This document shows, one piece after another, positions 1 to 10,483 of a stretch of DNA of 64,000 nucleotides. Numbering within the stretch: the first letter of the stretch is position 1; each line of letters begins with the position of its first letter. The DNA comes from an uncultured Clostridium sp. (GTDB taxonomy: Bacteria; Bacillota; Clostridia; Oscillospirales; Acutalibacteraceae). A program made the position numbers and the translations under genes. The notes beneath the pieces are model-generated. The model had not been told where the DNA came from and did no database searches. It saw only the letters and a list, made by a program, of their open reading frames with translations. The stretch covers positions 7,678-71,677 of the forward strand of contig CABRLN010000004.1 of the NCBI GenBank assembly GCA_902471875.1, in the 5' to 3' direction.

Positions 1-1
1 T

Positions 2-1483
2 TACAAGGATAATCCGTATGTAATGTTTTTTCAGTCATCTGTAGATAAGGAATATTGCTGGGGTGTTTATATGGCTCCGGTTGACGAGGAAGAGGAAATT
101 GACCGGATTTTTTCCGGTTTGTATTTTGAAAAGTACGATGCTTCTGAAATAGAAGGTACTCCTCAGCAGTATATCGAAAAGCTTAAGCAGAATAAGCTAA
201 AGCTTGAAAAAGAACTTTCAGAGGCTTTAAATGAGCAAAGCAGTTTTGTAAAAAAGCATTTTAAAGAATGCATGAAATATTATACAAAGCTTACTGAAAA
301 AGCAATTTATCAAAATGTAAAGAGCAGTGTGATGATTCACCAAGGCAACGAAGAAAGCTTTATTATTTGTGGCTGGCTTCCTGCTGATACTACTGATGAA
401 ATTGAAAAAAAGCTTGATAAAATTAAAAGTGCCGAGTGGACTACCGACGATGCTATTCATCAGTTGGAAAAGTCACCGCCAATTAAGCTTAAGTACAACT
501 GGTTTGCAAAGCCGTATAAGTTCTATGTTGATATGTACGGTGTACCAAAATATAATGAAATGGACCCTACAACTTTTGTGGCTATAACATATACAATATT
601 GTTTGGGGCAATGTTTGGTGACTTTGGTCACGGCATAGTGCTTGCAATAGCAGGTATTGTTATGTATAAGCTAAAGAGGTTAAAAGTTGGTAAGGTGCTT
701 GTTCCTTGCGGAATATGTTCATCAATTTTTGGTTTGTTGTTTGGCTCATTTTTTGGATTTGAACATGCCTTTGACGGAATGTATAATGCTTTGCTTGGTG
801 TTGAAGAAAAGCCTATAGATGTAATGGGCAAGGATATTATTAATGTAATTCTTGTTTCTGTTGCCATAGGTATATTGCTTGTAATATTGGCAATGTGTCT
901 TAATATTTATTCGTCGTTAAAGCAAAAAAATATGGGCAGTGCCCTTTTTGGTTCTAACGGTGTAGCAGGCTTGGTACTATATGCATTTGTTTGTACAGGC
1001 ATTGTTTCATTATTTGCTTTTGGTATAAACCTGTTTAACATTGTTACAATCCCTCTGCTTATTATATTGCCGTTGGTATTAATATTTATGGCAGAGCCTT
1101 TTGGCAGGCTGGTTGAGGGTAAAAAAGACTGGAAGCCTGAAAAATGGGGCGACTACTGTGTACAGAATAGCTTTGAAATGTTTGAAACAGTTCTTTCTTA
1201 CTTGTCAAACACAATGTCCTTCTTAAGGGTAGGTGCTTTTGTAATGGTACACGCCGGTATGATGATTGTTGTTTTTACTCTTATGGAATTAGTGGGAGGC
1301 TTGCCAAGCATTGGCGGTATTTTAGTGCTTGTAATAGGCAATTTGTTTGTTATAGGGCTTGAGGGCTTATTAGTATCAATTCAGACGCTGCGTCTTGAAT
1401 TTTACGAAATGTTCAGCCGTTTTTACAGCGGTGCAGGCAGACCATATAACCCTGTTGTATTAAAAAAGCTGAACACAAAATAA
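2..1483 (+). CDS. ntpI: V-type ATP synthase subunit I (membrane stator a-subunit), 5'-truncated by window edge
   Basis: The frame is open from nt 2 with no stop upstream of the Met at 23. A soluble N-part is followed by a multi-TM C-half containing LSNTMSFLRVGAFVMVHAG (conserved Arg helix). First gene of an I-K-F-E-A-B-D operon. Confidence 0.9.
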   Translation, partial: YKDNPYVMFFQSSVDKEYCWGVYMAPVDEEEEIDRIFSGLYFEKYDASEIEGTPQQYIEKLKQNKLKLEKELSEALNEQSSFVKKHFKECMKYYTKLTEKAIYQNVKSSVMIHQGNEESFIICGWLPADTTDEIEKKLDKIKSAEWTTDDAIHQLEKSPPIKLKYNWFAKPYKFYVDMYGVPKYNEMDPTTFVAITYTILFGAMFGDFGHGIVLAIAGIVMYKLKRLKVGKVLVPCGICSSIFGLLFGSFFGFEHAFDGMYNALLGVEEKPIDVMGKDIINVILVSVAIGILLVILAMCLNIYSSLKQKNMGSALFGSNGVAGLVLYAFVCTGIVSLFAFGINLFNIVTIPLLIILPLVLIFMAEPFGRLVEGKKDWKPEKWGDYCVQNSFEMFETVLSYLSNTMSFLRVGAFVMVHAGMMIVVFTLMELVGGLPSIGGILVLVIGNLFVIGLEGLLVSIQTLRLEFYEMFSRFYSGAGRPYNPVVLKKLNTK

Positions 1484-1542
1484 ATATTGTTAATTAATTT
1501 ATTAATTAAAATAAACTTTAAATTTACGGAGGATTATTTATT

Positions 1543-1956
1543 ATGGAATTTTTACTACTATTATTACCTATTATCTTTATTGTTTCTTCTGCATTAGTTG
1601 TTAAAAAGGCTGTAAGCCGTGGTGCAAAAAGAAAAAAATCAGTTATGCTTCAGTTACTTTCATTTGCTGCTGTACTTATTTGTTGTGCAGCATTCCCTCT
1701 AATGGCAAGTGCAGCTGACACATCTGCTGTTGCAGGTACAGCTTCTAATGGCTTAGGCTTGCTGGCTTGTGCCCTTTCAACAGGTGTTGCCTGCGTAGGT
1801 GCAGGTATTGCCGTTGCAGGTGCAGCACCTGCAGCTATTGGTGCAACATCAGAAGACCCTAAAGCATTTGGTAGAGCACTTATCTTTGTTGTACTTGGTG
1901 AAGGTGTTGCTATTTACGGTTTGCTTATTTCAATTCTTATTTACACAAAATGCTAA
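1543..1956 (+). CDS. ntpK: V-type ATP synthase subunit K (proteolipid c-subunit) with atypical N-terminal extension
   Basis: GGAGG SD lies 8 nt upstream. The C-terminal Gly/Ala-rich helical hairpin carries one carboxylate in LGEGVAIYG. Position after subunit I fits. Confidence 0.85.
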   Translation: MEFLLLLLPIIFIVSSALVVKKAVSRGAKRKKSVMLQLLSFAAVLICCAAFPLMASAADTSAVAGTASNGLGLLACALSTGVACVGAGIAVAGAAPAAIGATSEDPKAFGRALIFVVLGEGVAIYGLLISILIYTKC

Positions 1957-1989
1957 TAATCAGCACATACATAAAAAGATGGTGAAGTT

Positions 1990-2298
1990 ATGCGTTTTTA
2001 TTTAATAAGTGACAATGTGGATACTCAGCTAGGTATGCGTCTTGCCGGTATTGAGGGTATTGTAGTGCATGAAGAGCACGAGGTTCGCAAGGCACTTCAG
2101 GAGGCAATGGACACAGAAGATATTGCTGTTATACTTATGACAGAACGTTTGGTGTCACTTTGTCCCGAGCTTATTTATGACTTAAAGCTTAATCGATCAC
2201 ATCCTCTTATTGTTGAAATTCCTGACAGACACGGCAACGGCCGTACTAAGGATTCAATTACAAAATATGTACAGGATGCTATCGGCATAAAATTATAA
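1990..2298 (+). CDS. V-type ATP synthase subunit F
   Basis: 102 aa. MRFYLISDNVDTQLGMRLAGIEG...ILMTE matches the ATP-synt_F fold signature. Operon context supports the call. Confidence 0.85.
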   Translation: MRFYLISDNVDTQLGMRLAGIEGIVVHEEHEVRKALQEAMDTEDIAVILMTERLVSLCPELIYDLKLNRSHPLIVEIPDRHGNGRTKDSITKYVQDAIGIKL

Positions 2299-2319
2299 TT
2301 AGGGAGAGGAGTTACCGTT

Positions 2320-2937
2320 ATGGCTAACGACAAACCTGCTAATACAAGCACAGGCGACAACGAAAGCAAATTTTTAGCGGCTATTGAAAAATATGCTGAA
2401 CAGCAGCGTGCCGCACTTCTTTCTGAAACCGAAATTTTTGAACAAAAGGTTCTTAAACAGGCAGAAGAAGAAGGCTTAAGAGATGCTTATAACCTTATTC
2501 ATAAAGAGCAGGACGCTATGAAGGCCTCTATAGCAGCCGATTTGGCAAAGAAAGAGGCACAGGGAAACCTTGAAATTTTCAAAAAGCGTCAGCAAATTAC
2601 TGAAGAGATTTTCGCCAAGGCTACTGCTAAATTGCAGGAATATACGAATACACCTGAGTATGAAAAAAGACTTACGTTAAATGCACAAGAATGTGCAAAA
2701 TACTTTGGTAATGATGACATAGAGCTTTGTGTGTGTAAAAAAGATGTGCCCCTTGGCAATAAGCTGGCAAAGCTGTTTAATGGCAGTTGTTTAGTAAAAG
2801 AGGTTGCCGATATTACTGTGGGCGGTTTTAGAGTATATTGTCCGGGTAAACAAATTGCTGTTGACAAAACACTTGACACAAAGCTGCAGGAGCAAAGAGA
2901 GTGGTTCTACACCAACTCTGCTTTACAGATAAAATAA
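2320..2937 (+). CDS. ntpE: V-type ATP synthase subunit E (peripheral stalk)
   Basis: 205 aa. Long charged coiled-coil N-half (AEQQRAALLSE...KEAQGNLEIFKKRQQ) plus a globular C-domain. Sits directly upstream of subunit A. Confidence 0.75.
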   Translation: MANDKPANTSTGDNESKFLAAIEKYAEQQRAALLSETEIFEQKVLKQAEEEGLRDAYNLIHKEQDAMKASIAADLAKKEAQGNLEIFKKRQQITEEIFAKATAKLQEYTNTPEYEKRLTLNAQECAKYFGNDDIELCVCKKDVPLGNKLAKLFNGSCLVKEVADITVGGFRVYCPGKQIAVDKTLDTKLQEQREWFYTNSALQIK

Positions 2938-2967
2938 GAGCAAACTCCATAGAGAGGAAATGATTTT

Positions 2968-4734
2968 ATGGAAAATCAGAATGTTGTGTACGGTATTAAC
3001 GGACCTGTTGTTACCGTACTTAAAACAAAAGCCTTCTCCATGATGGAAATGGTCTATGTAGGGGAAGAAAAGTTGGTTGGTGAGGTTATTACCATTACAG
3101 ATGAAATAACTACAATACAGGTTTATGAAGAAACAACAGGACTAAAACCGGGTGACCCTGTAGTTGGTACGGGTGCACCAATGAATGTTCTTTTGGGTCC
3201 GGGTATTATTACAAATATTTTTGACGGAATTGAGCGTCCGTTAGGTGCTATTGCTGAGCAAAGCGGTGCTTTTATTTCAAAGGGTGTTGCAGTACCTTCA
3301 CTTGATACAGAAAAAAAGTGGGATGTTACATTAAAAGTTAAGGTTGGCGATAAGTTGACATCGGGTCAAATTTACGCAACATTGCCTGAAACCCCTGTTA
3401 TTGAGCACAGACTTCTTGTACCGCCAAAGGTTAACGGTACTGTTAAAAGTGTTGCTGCAAACGGCAAATATAAGCTAATGGATACCATTGTTACCCTTGA
3501 ACTTGAAAGCGGTGACGAATATATTCTAACACTTTGTCAGAAATGGCCTATTAGAACAGCAAGACCGGTAAAAGAAAGGTTGGCACCAACCATACCTTTA
3601 ATAACAGGTCAACGTGTAATAGATACATTGTTCCCTGTTTCTAAGGGTGGTACAGCGGCTGTTCCGGGAGGCTTTGGTACAGGTAAAACTATGACACAGC
3701 ATCAAATAGCAAAATGGTGTGACGCAGACATTATCGTTTATGTAGGATGTGGTGAGCGTGGCAACGAAATGAGCCAGGTTCTTGATGAGTTTTCAGCACT
3801 TATTGACCCTAAAAATAACCGTCCTATGACAGACAGAACAGTACTTATTGCCAACACTTCAAATATGCCTGTTGCAGCCCGTGAGGCTTCTATTTACACA
3901 GGCATTACACTTGCCGAATATTACAGAGATATGGGATATGACGTGGCAATTATGGCAGACTCAACCTCTCGTTGGGCAGAGGCATTAAGAGAAATTTCAG
4001 GACGTTTGGAAGAAATGCCTGCCGAAGAGGGTTACCCTGCTTACTTGCCTTCAAGACTTGCAGAGTTCTATGAACGTGCAGGACGTGTTATACCTTTATG
4101 TGATGGTGAAGGCTCTGTAACAATTATTGGTGCGGTTTCACCTCAGGGCGGCGATTTTTCTGAGCCTGTAACACAAAATACAAAAAGATTTATTCGTTGC
4201 TTTTGGGCACTTGACAAGTCGCTTGCATATTCAAGACATTACCCTGCTATTAACTGGATTGGCAGCTATAGCGAATATTTTACTGACCTTGACGCATGGT
4301 TTGTCAAAAATTACGGCGAGGAATTTATTAAATGCCGTAACAGTATAAGCTCACTTTTACAAGAGGAAAGTGCATTAATGGAGATTGTTAAGCTTATTGG
4401 TGCCGATGTTTTGCCAGATGACCAAAAGCTGACTATTGAAATTGCCAAGGTTATAAGAGTAGGCTATTTACAGCAAAACGCTTTTCATAAGGACGATACA
4501 TATGTAACAATTGAAAAGCAGATGTTAATGATGAAAACCATTTTGCATTTATACGAGCGTACAAAGCACCTTGTAAGTGCTAACATTCCAATAAGCAGAG
4601 TGCTTGAGGCAGGCTTGTTTGACAAGCTTTTAAAAATGAAATATGACATTCCAAACGATAAGCTTGAAATGTTTGATGATTATATTAAAGAGATTGATGA
4701 TAAAATTGCGGATATTACCGCAGTTCAGGCATAA
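2968..4734 (+). CDS. ntpA: V-type ATP synthase catalytic subunit A
   Basis: Walker A GGFGTGKT, with [27 protein letters not shown] and the non-homologous insert typical of A subunits. Confidence 0.98.
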   Translation: MENQNVVYGINGPVVTVLKTKAFSMMEMVYVGEEKLVGEVITITDEITTIQVYEETTGLKPGDPVVGTGAPMNVLLGPGIITNIFDGIERPLGAIAEQSGAFISKGVAVPSLDTEKKWDVTLKVKVGDKLTSGQIYATLPETPVIEHRLLVPPKVNGTVKSVAANGKYKLMDTIVTLELESGDEYILTLCQKWPIRTARPVKERLAPTIPLITGQRVIDTLFPVSKGGTAAVPGGFGTGKTMTQHQIAKWCDADIIVYVGCGERGNEMSQVLDEFSALIDPKNNRPMTDRTVLIANTSNMPVAAREASIYTGITLAEYYRDMGYDVAIMADSTSRWAEALREISGRLEEMPAEEGYPAYLPSRLAEFYERAGRVIPLCDGEGSVTIIGAVSPQGGDFSEPVTQNTKRFIRCFWALDKSLAYSRHYPAINWIGSYSEYFTDLDAWFVKNYGEEFIKCRNSISSLLQEESALMEIVKLIGADVLPDDQKLTIEIAKVIRVGYLQQNAFHKDDTYVTIEKQMLMMKTILHLYERTKHLVSANIPISRVLEAGLFDKLLKMKYDIPNDKLEMFDDYIKEIDDKIADITAVQA

Positions 4735-4759
4735 ATTCATTGAAAGAAGGTAAGCACCA

Positions 4760-6166
4760 ATGATTATAGATTATGTGGGCGTTAAAGAAATAAACGGTTC
4801 CCTTATAGTTATCGATGGAGTAAAAGACGCTTTCTTCGATGAGGTTGTGGATATTCGTTTAGACAACGGTTCTATTCGTAAGGGCAGAATTGTTACTATG
4901 GAGGGTGAACGTGTAGTAGTACAGGTGTTTCAAGGCACCCGTTCAATCTCCCTTACAAATACAAGAACAAGACTAACAGGACACCCAATGGAAATGCCTA
5001 TGTCACCTGAAATTGTAGGCAGAGTGTTTAACGGATCAGGCGAACCTATTGACGGACTGGGGGACGTTTTTCCTGAAAAAAAATGCGACATAAATGGTTC
5101 TCCAATTAATCCTGTTTCTCGTATTTATCCTCAAAACTATATTAACACAGGTATTTCAACCATTGACACACTAATGACCCTTATCCGTGGTCAAAAGCTG
5201 CCGATTTTTTCAGGCTCAGGTATGAGCCACAACGAATTGGCTGTACAGATTGTCCGTCAGGCAAAAATTGCCGACGAGGCAGGGCAGGGCTTTGTTGTAG
5301 TATTTGCTGCAATGGGTGTTAAAAACGATGTTGCAGATTACTTTAAAAAGAGCTTTGAGGAGTCAGGTGTACTGCAAAGAGTTGTAATGTTTTTAAATTT
5401 AGCAAATGACCCTATTATTGAACGTATTCTTACGCCAAGATGTGCTCTTGCTACTGCTGAATATCTTGCTTTTGAGCAGAACAAGCACGTTTTGGTAATT
5501 ATGACAGATATGACATCATATGCAGAGGCTTTGCGTGAATTTAGTACCTCCAAAGGCGAAATTCCTGGCAGAAAGGGATTTCCTGGTTATTTGTATTCTG
5601 ACTTTGCATCGCTTTATGAGCGTGCCGGTATGGTAAAGGGCAAAACAGGCTCGGTTACACAAATTCCTATTTTAACAATGCCTAACGACGATATTACTCA
5701 CCCTATTCCTGACCTTACCGGTTATATTACAGAAGGTCAGATAGTTCTTGACAGAAGTCTTCAGGCACAGGGTATTTATCCTCCTGTTTCTGTACTGCCG
5801 TCTCTTTCGCGTTTGATGAAGGACGGCATTGGTAAGGGCTTTACAAGAGAAGACCACCAAGCTTTGGCTAACCAGCTGTTTGCATCATATGCAAGAGTTA
5901 TGGACGCACGTTCTCTTTCATCTGTAATTGGTGAAGAAGAGCTTTCTGCTGTTGATAAAAAATATATTCAGTTTGGTAAGCTTTTTGAAGATAAATTTGT
6001 TAACCAAGGTGCAAAGGCAAACAGAACCATTGAGCAGAGTCTTGACCTTGGTTGGGAGCTGTTGTCGCATCTGCCTAAAAACGAGCTTGACCGTGTAGAT
6101 GATGAACTGCTTAACGCACATTACATTGAAAATATTGAAGAACGTGAAGCAGAAGCAATTTCTTAA
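4760..6166 (+). CDS. ntpB: V-type ATP synthase subunit B
   Basis: Strong B-subunit motifs ([39 protein letters not shown]). Confidence 0.98.
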   Translation: MIIDYVGVKEINGSLIVIDGVKDAFFDEVVDIRLDNGSIRKGRIVTMEGERVVVQVFQGTRSISLTNTRTRLTGHPMEMPMSPEIVGRVFNGSGEPIDGLGDVFPEKKCDINGSPINPVSRIYPQNYINTGISTIDTLMTLIRGQKLPIFSGSGMSHNELAVQIVRQAKIADEAGQGFVVVFAAMGVKNDVADYFKKSFEESGVLQRVVMFLNLANDPIIERILTPRCALATAEYLAFEQNKHVLVIMTDMTSYAEALREFSTSKGEIPGRKGFPGYLYSDFASLYERAGMVKGKTGSVTQIPILTMPNDDITHPIPDLTGYITEGQIVLDRSLQAQGIYPPVSVLPSLSRLMKDGIGKGFTREDHQALANQLFASYARVMDARSLSSVIGEEELSAVDKKYIQFGKLFEDKFVNQGAKANRTIEQSLDLGWELLSHLPKNELDRVDDELLNAHYIENIEEREAEAIS

Positions 6167-6232
6167 AAGCTTACAACACATAATATTGGCAGATAATAAT
6201 TAAAGCTTTTTATTAAAGGCAGGTGAGAGAAA

Positions 6233-6886
6233 ATGGCAAATAATACTGTTGCTACAAAGGGTAACCTAATAAACACAAAAAAGTCATTGGCTCTTGCTAA
6301 GGTTGGTTATGACCTTATGGATAAAAAGAGGAACATTCTTATACGAGAAATGATGACGCTTATTGATAAGGCTAACGAAATTCAAGGCAAAATTGATGAC
6401 GCATACAGCGAGGCGTACCTTAGCTTGCAAACAGCTAATATTACTATTGGTTTTAACAGTGCCAGGGCAAATTCTATACCGGTTGAAAATTCACTTCATC
6501 TTTCTTATAGAAGTGTAATGGGAGTTGAAATTCCTATTGTTACCATAAATTGTGATGATACTAAAATTCCACTGGAATACGGAATGTATGCTACAAACAA
6601 TGTGCTTGATAATGCAAGGTTTAAGTTTGTGCAGGTTAAAAAACTTACTGCTGACCTTGCTGAAATTGAAAACAGTGTTTATAGGTTGGCAGTGGCAATT
6701 AAAACTACTCAAAGGCGTGCAAATGCGCTGAAAAATATTATGATTCCTCGTTTTGAAGAAAATGTTAAATTTATAACCGATGCTCTTGACGAAATGGAAA
6801 GGGAGGAGTTCTCACGAATGAAGGTTATAAAAACACAAAAACAAAACAAAGAATTGCGTAAAAAGAGAATAGAAGCAATGGCTTAA
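6233..6886 (+). CDS. ntpD: V-type ATP synthase subunit D (central stalk)
   Basis: N-terminus TKGNLINTKKSLALAKVGYDLMDKKRNILIRE and C-terminal coiled coil. Last gene of the operon, followed by a terminator. Confidence 0.93.
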   Translation: MANNTVATKGNLINTKKSLALAKVGYDLMDKKRNILIREMMTLIDKANEIQGKIDDAYSEAYLSLQTANITIGFNSARANSIPVENSLHLSYRSVMGVEIPIVTINCDDTKIPLEYGMYATNNVLDNARFKFVQVKKLTADLAEIENSVYRLAVAIKTTQRRANALKNIMIPRFEENVKFITDALDEMEREEFSRMKVIKTQKQNKELRKKRIEAMA

Positions 6887-6900
6887 TTATAATAGCAAAT

Positions 6901-6923
6901 GCCCCGCACATTTTGTGCGGGGC
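6901..6923. terminator. Bidirectional intrinsic terminator between ntpD (+) and htrA (-)
   Basis: Perfect GC-rich hairpin GCCCCGCAC-atttt-GTGCGGGGC, flanked by A/T-rich runs on both sides. Confidence 0.85.
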
Positions 6924-6949
6924 GTTATATTTATATATTAACTTTTCTT

Positions 6950-8779
6950 TTATTCACTATCGCCTGCAAGAGTAACATCTACTGTAAAGGTTTCCTTATT
7001 GTCAGTATTTTCTTTGTCATATCTGCAAACTGTAAGTTTTACCGTGTCACCTTCGCTGTATTTGTCAAGAGTAGAGAAAAGCTCTACAAATGAAGTTACA
7101 GGTGTATCATCAATTTTAGTAATAACATCTCCTTCTTTAATCTTTGTACTTCTCAAAGGGCTGTCACTTTCAATAGTGTTAATAATAATTCCTGCATCTG
7201 TACCATAGTAATTTGCTAAAGACTTTGAAAGCTCTTTACCCATAATTCCCAGCTTTGCTCTGCCCGGAACATAACCGTTTTTAATAAGCTGGTCAGCTAC
7301 TTCTTTTACTTTTGTACTTGGAATAGCAAAGCCCATTCCCTCATATTGAGTGTCAACTACCTTTATAGTATTAATACCAATAACCTGACCGTTCATATTA
7401 GCTAGAGGACCACCTGAATTTCCGGGATTTATGGCGGCGTCTGTTTGAATATATGTTACGGCACTGCCCGAAAGAGTTCGGTTTAGAGCAGAAATAATAC
7501 CTCTTGTTAAGGAGTTTGAATAACTGCTGCCTCCCGGACTTCCTATAGCTACAACATCCTGACCAACCTTTAATTCATTAGATGTTGCAAAGGTAGCTGC
7601 TGACCAGTTGTCTGCTTCTTCGCACTTTAAAACGGCTATATCGGTACGAACATCGCAGCCAACTACAACAACAGGATATGCACTACCGTCCTTCTTGGTA
7701 ATCCATACATTACTGTTGTCAGTTGTATCATTAATAACGTGGCTATTAGTTACAATATAACCGTTGCTGCTTAATACAATGCCTGTACCTTCGCTGTTTG
7801 GTACAGAACCGGTAGGGTCATCGTCTTCATCATATACCGAAATTGAAACAACACTTTCAGACAGTGCTTCATATGCTTTTTCTGTAGATCCGTTTTCTGT
7901 ATTATTTTTTTCAAGCTTTATTTGAGGACCATTTGGGTCAGCATATTTACCAATGCTATCGGTTGATTTTTTTGTTGTTGAATTTTCAGTAGGTAATTCA
8001 AAGTTAAATATATTATTGCTGTCATTGCTTGAATATTTGCTGTTATTACTTGCAATCCACCATACGAATATTCCTATAAAAATTACAGTTAAAGATATAA
8101 TGATACCAAGCAGCACCTTTATAGATGTAGCCATTGGTGTTTTATTTTTTTTAAATGTGGAGTATGATACAACAGGATAATACCACCCACCGTTTATAAA
8201 TTCCGGCTTTATGCCCGGAGGCAATACTGTGCCGGGGGTATATGGCAAATATTGCACATTAGGGGTGGCTGTATTGTTTGAATACGGAGAATTTTCATAA
8301 GGATTTAAATTTGGTGTTTGACCATATGGTGAATTAAAACCTTGCTGAGTTTGTTGCCCGTAAGGTTGGTTGTTGTTAAAACCTTGCTGAGTTTGCTGTC
8401 CATAAGGTTGGTTGTTGTTAAAACCTTGCTGAGTTTGCTGTCCATAAGGTTGGTTGTTGTTAAAACCTTGCTGAGTTTGCTGTCCATAAGGTTGGTTAAC
8501 ACCTTGTTGTGAGTTTTGATTATATGCTTGTTCTTCACGAATGTTTTCTATAACCTTATTAAAAGATTTTTCAGAACTTGCCGTATAATTATCATTAAAA
8601 GTTTCTTTGTTTTTCTCCATATTAATATTCTCTGTAATATTGTTAACGGGTTCGTTGGCAGTATCGCCAACGGGTTCAGCACTTGTTGACGATATAATAT
8701 TTTCATAGCTGTTATTAACATCTTTTTTATTATTAGTAGTATTTATTTTATTCTCTGAATTTTCAAATTCATTGTTCAT
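6950..8779 (-). CDS. Membrane-anchored HtrA/DegP-family serine protease (trypsin-like plus PDZ) with long N/Q-rich N-terminal domain
   Basis: Catalytic triad contexts TNSHVI, DIAVLK and GNSGGPL, with a C-terminal PDZ. One TM (VLLGIIISLTVIFIGIFVWWIA). About 220 aa N/Q/Y/G-rich N-terminus. AGGAGG SD present. Confidence 0.92.
   Translation of the reverse strand: MNNEFENSENKINTTNNKKDVNNSYENIISSTSAEPVGDTANEPVNNITENINMEKNKETFNDNYTASSEKSFNKVIENIREEQAYNQNSQQGVNQPYGQQTQQGFNNNQPYGQQTQQGFNNNQPYGQQTQQGFNNNQPYGQQTQQGFNSPYGQTPNLNPYENSPYSNNTATPNVQYLPYTPGTVLPPGIKPEFINGGWYYPVVSYSTFKKNKTPMATSIKVLLGIIISLTVIFIGIFVWWIASNNSKYSSNDSNNIFNFELPTENSTTKKSTDSIGKYADPNGPQIKLEKNNTENGSTEKAYEALSESVVSISVYDEDDDPTGSVPNSEGTGIVLSSNGYIVTNSHVINDTTDNSNVWITKKDGSAYPVVVVGCDVRTDIAVLKCEEADNWSAATFATSNELKVGQDVVAIGSPGGSSYSNSLTRGIISALNRTLSGSAVTYIQTDAAINPGNSGGPLANMNGQVIGINTIKVVDTQYEGMGFAIPSTKVKEVADQLIKNGYVPGRAKLGIMGKELSKSLANYYGTDAGIIINTIESDSPLRSTKIKEGDVITKIDDTPVTSFVELFSTLDKYSEGDTVKLTVCRYDKENTDNKETFTVDVTLAGDSE
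8336..8507 (-). repeat. Four tandem 42-nt (14-aa, QPYGQQTQQGFNNN) coding repeats inside htrA
   Basis: The motif ccttgctgag recurs at 8340, 8382, 8424 and 8466 (period 42). The three highest-coordinate copies read as identical. The lowest-coordinate copy differs at a few bases (ttgttgcccg versus ttgctgtcca). Confidence 0.95.
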
Positions 8780-8791
8780 TGTAACCCCTCC

Positions 8792-10375
8792 TTATTCTTC
8801 AATGTACTCTTCTATAGTTTCGGCGGTAGAAATTATTGTGCCGTCCGAGCTTACAATAGTTGCTCTGTCGTCTTTTTTTCTAGACCCAAAAATATTGTAT
8901 TTGCCTGTGCTTTGTACTTTTGTTTTTGGCAACCATAGAGTAAAGCTGCAATATTCGTCAACAATGCTTTGCGCAGTAATGTCGCCACCATGCAAACGCA
9001 TTATAGTTTTTACAATATACAAGCCAAGTCCCATACCGTTTTTGTCCTGACTGCGTGACTTGTCGGTTTTATAAAATCTTTCAAATATATGCACAAGCTC
9101 CTCAGGTTCAATACCATGACCACTGTTTTTTATTTCAAGCATGGTCCTGTCTGAAAGGTCAGTTAACGTAACCCTTATGTATCCTCCAACATCTACAAAC
9201 TTAACTGCGTTTTCAAACAGATTATATACTACCTGATGTATAAGATCAGGATCACCGTCAACCTTAACAGCAGAACCGCAGGACTCAAGCCCTTGAATAT
9301 CAATGTGACGTTCCTCTATTTTTTGTTCAAAGGTTAGTAGGGTAGAAATAACAACTTCAGACAAATTGAAGCTTTGTTTTTTTAAGTGAAGCTCGCCGTT
9401 GTCGATTCGTGACAACGAAAGCATGGAGGCAACAAGACGAGAAAGTCTTTTTACTTCTGTTGATACTACACGTAAATATTGCTTTTGTTTGTTAGGCGGA
9501 ATTGTACCATCTAAAATTCCGTCAATAAAGCCTGCAATAGTTGTCATTGGAGTTTTTAATTCGTGAGAAACATTGGCTATAAAGTTTCTTCTGGTTGTTT
9601 CTGACGCAGCCAGTGAGTCTGCCATTTCGTTAAAGGTTTTTGCCAAAGTACCAATTTCATTGTTAGAGGTTACCGGTACACGTACTGAGAAATCATCGTT
9701 AGCCAGCTTTTTTGCAGCAACTGACATTTGCCTAAGCGGTTTTATCATTTTATAAGAAAAAAACCATATAATACATGCTACAATGGCAAATGTCGCAATG
9801 GCAGCATAGAAAAATATTTTTGTTATTTCACCTGTAAAGGTTGAAAATGATAGGGTATCACTGGCGGCAAATACCATACCGATTATTTCAGAATCAGAGC
9901 CATTTTGTGAAATAATTGGTACTGCTGCTACGTAGTGAGGAGAATCGTAAATTCCTCCCAGGCTGCTTTTTACAAATATACTGTTAAGTTTAACCTGTTG
10001 ACATATTTTTTCAGGAACACTTTTGTTAATGTGAACACAACTGCTTTTATCACTGCATATAAGAGTTTTACCATAATTATCAGTTATAAAAATATCTGCG
10101 TTAATACTTGATGAAATGGTTTCGATAACACTTGAAAGCCAGCTTATTTCTGAATTTCCAATATAAACATTATTATTTACCTCTACAGTTTTTTCAGATA
10201 CCAATTCTGAAACCTGATTGGCATTTTCTATAAGTAGGTCTTTTTTTTCACTGTCTGAATACCTTGCAACAAAAAACACAAGCATTGTGCCAAGTATTAT
10301 AAAACTGACAAGCACAATTATAAGACTTATTGTAAGGTATTGGGCAAACAGACTTTTTTTACCTGTCACAAACAT
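8792..10375 (-). CDS. Sensor histidine kinase (2 TM, extracytoplasmic domain, HAMP, HisKA, HATPase_c), CssS-like
   Basis: H-box SHELKTPMTTI, N-box NLFENAVKF, G-boxes KNSGHGI and GMGLGLYIV. HAMP runs directly into DHp with no PAS domain. Ends 12 nt before the htrA start. Confidence 0.93.
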   Translation of the reverse strand: MFVTGKKSLFAQYLTISLIIVLVSFIILGTMLVFFVARYSDSEKKDLLIENANQVSELVSEKTVEVNNNVYIGNSEISWLSSVIETISSSINADIFITDNYGKTLICSDKSSCVHINKSVPEKICQQVKLNSIFVKSSLGGIYDSPHYVAAVPIISQNGSDSEIIGMVFAASDTLSFSTFTGEITKIFFYAAIATFAIVACIIWFFSYKMIKPLRQMSVAAKKLANDDFSVRVPVTSNNEIGTLAKTFNEMADSLAASETTRRNFIANVSHELKTPMTTIAGFIDGILDGTIPPNKQKQYLRVVSTEVKRLSRLVASMLSLSRIDNGELHLKKQSFNLSEVVISTLLTFEQKIEERHIDIQGLESCGSAVKVDGDPDLIHQVVYNLFENAVKFVDVGGYIRVTLTDLSDRTMLEIKNSGHGIEPEELVHIFERFYKTDKSRSQDKNGMGLGLYIVKTIMRLHGGDITAQSIVDEYCSFTLWLPKTKVQSTGKYNIFGSRKKDDRATIVSSDGTIISTAETIEEYIEE

Positions 10376-10483
10376 TCCCCTTTTAATAATGTAAACATTA
10401 CAATATAACTACAGCAAGGGCATTCCTATAGTTTAAGGAACACCCAATATATTAAAAATTATATTTTATGTATTATTTAGTAT

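Noticed and set aside
8305-8538. 77-aa minus-strand ORF with its own repeat (TTTNLMDSKLSKVL x3).
   Set aside because: It is an alternative reading frame of the 42-nt tandem repeat inside htrA. The repetition comes from the DNA repeat. It has no SD and lies wholly within a well-supported gene.
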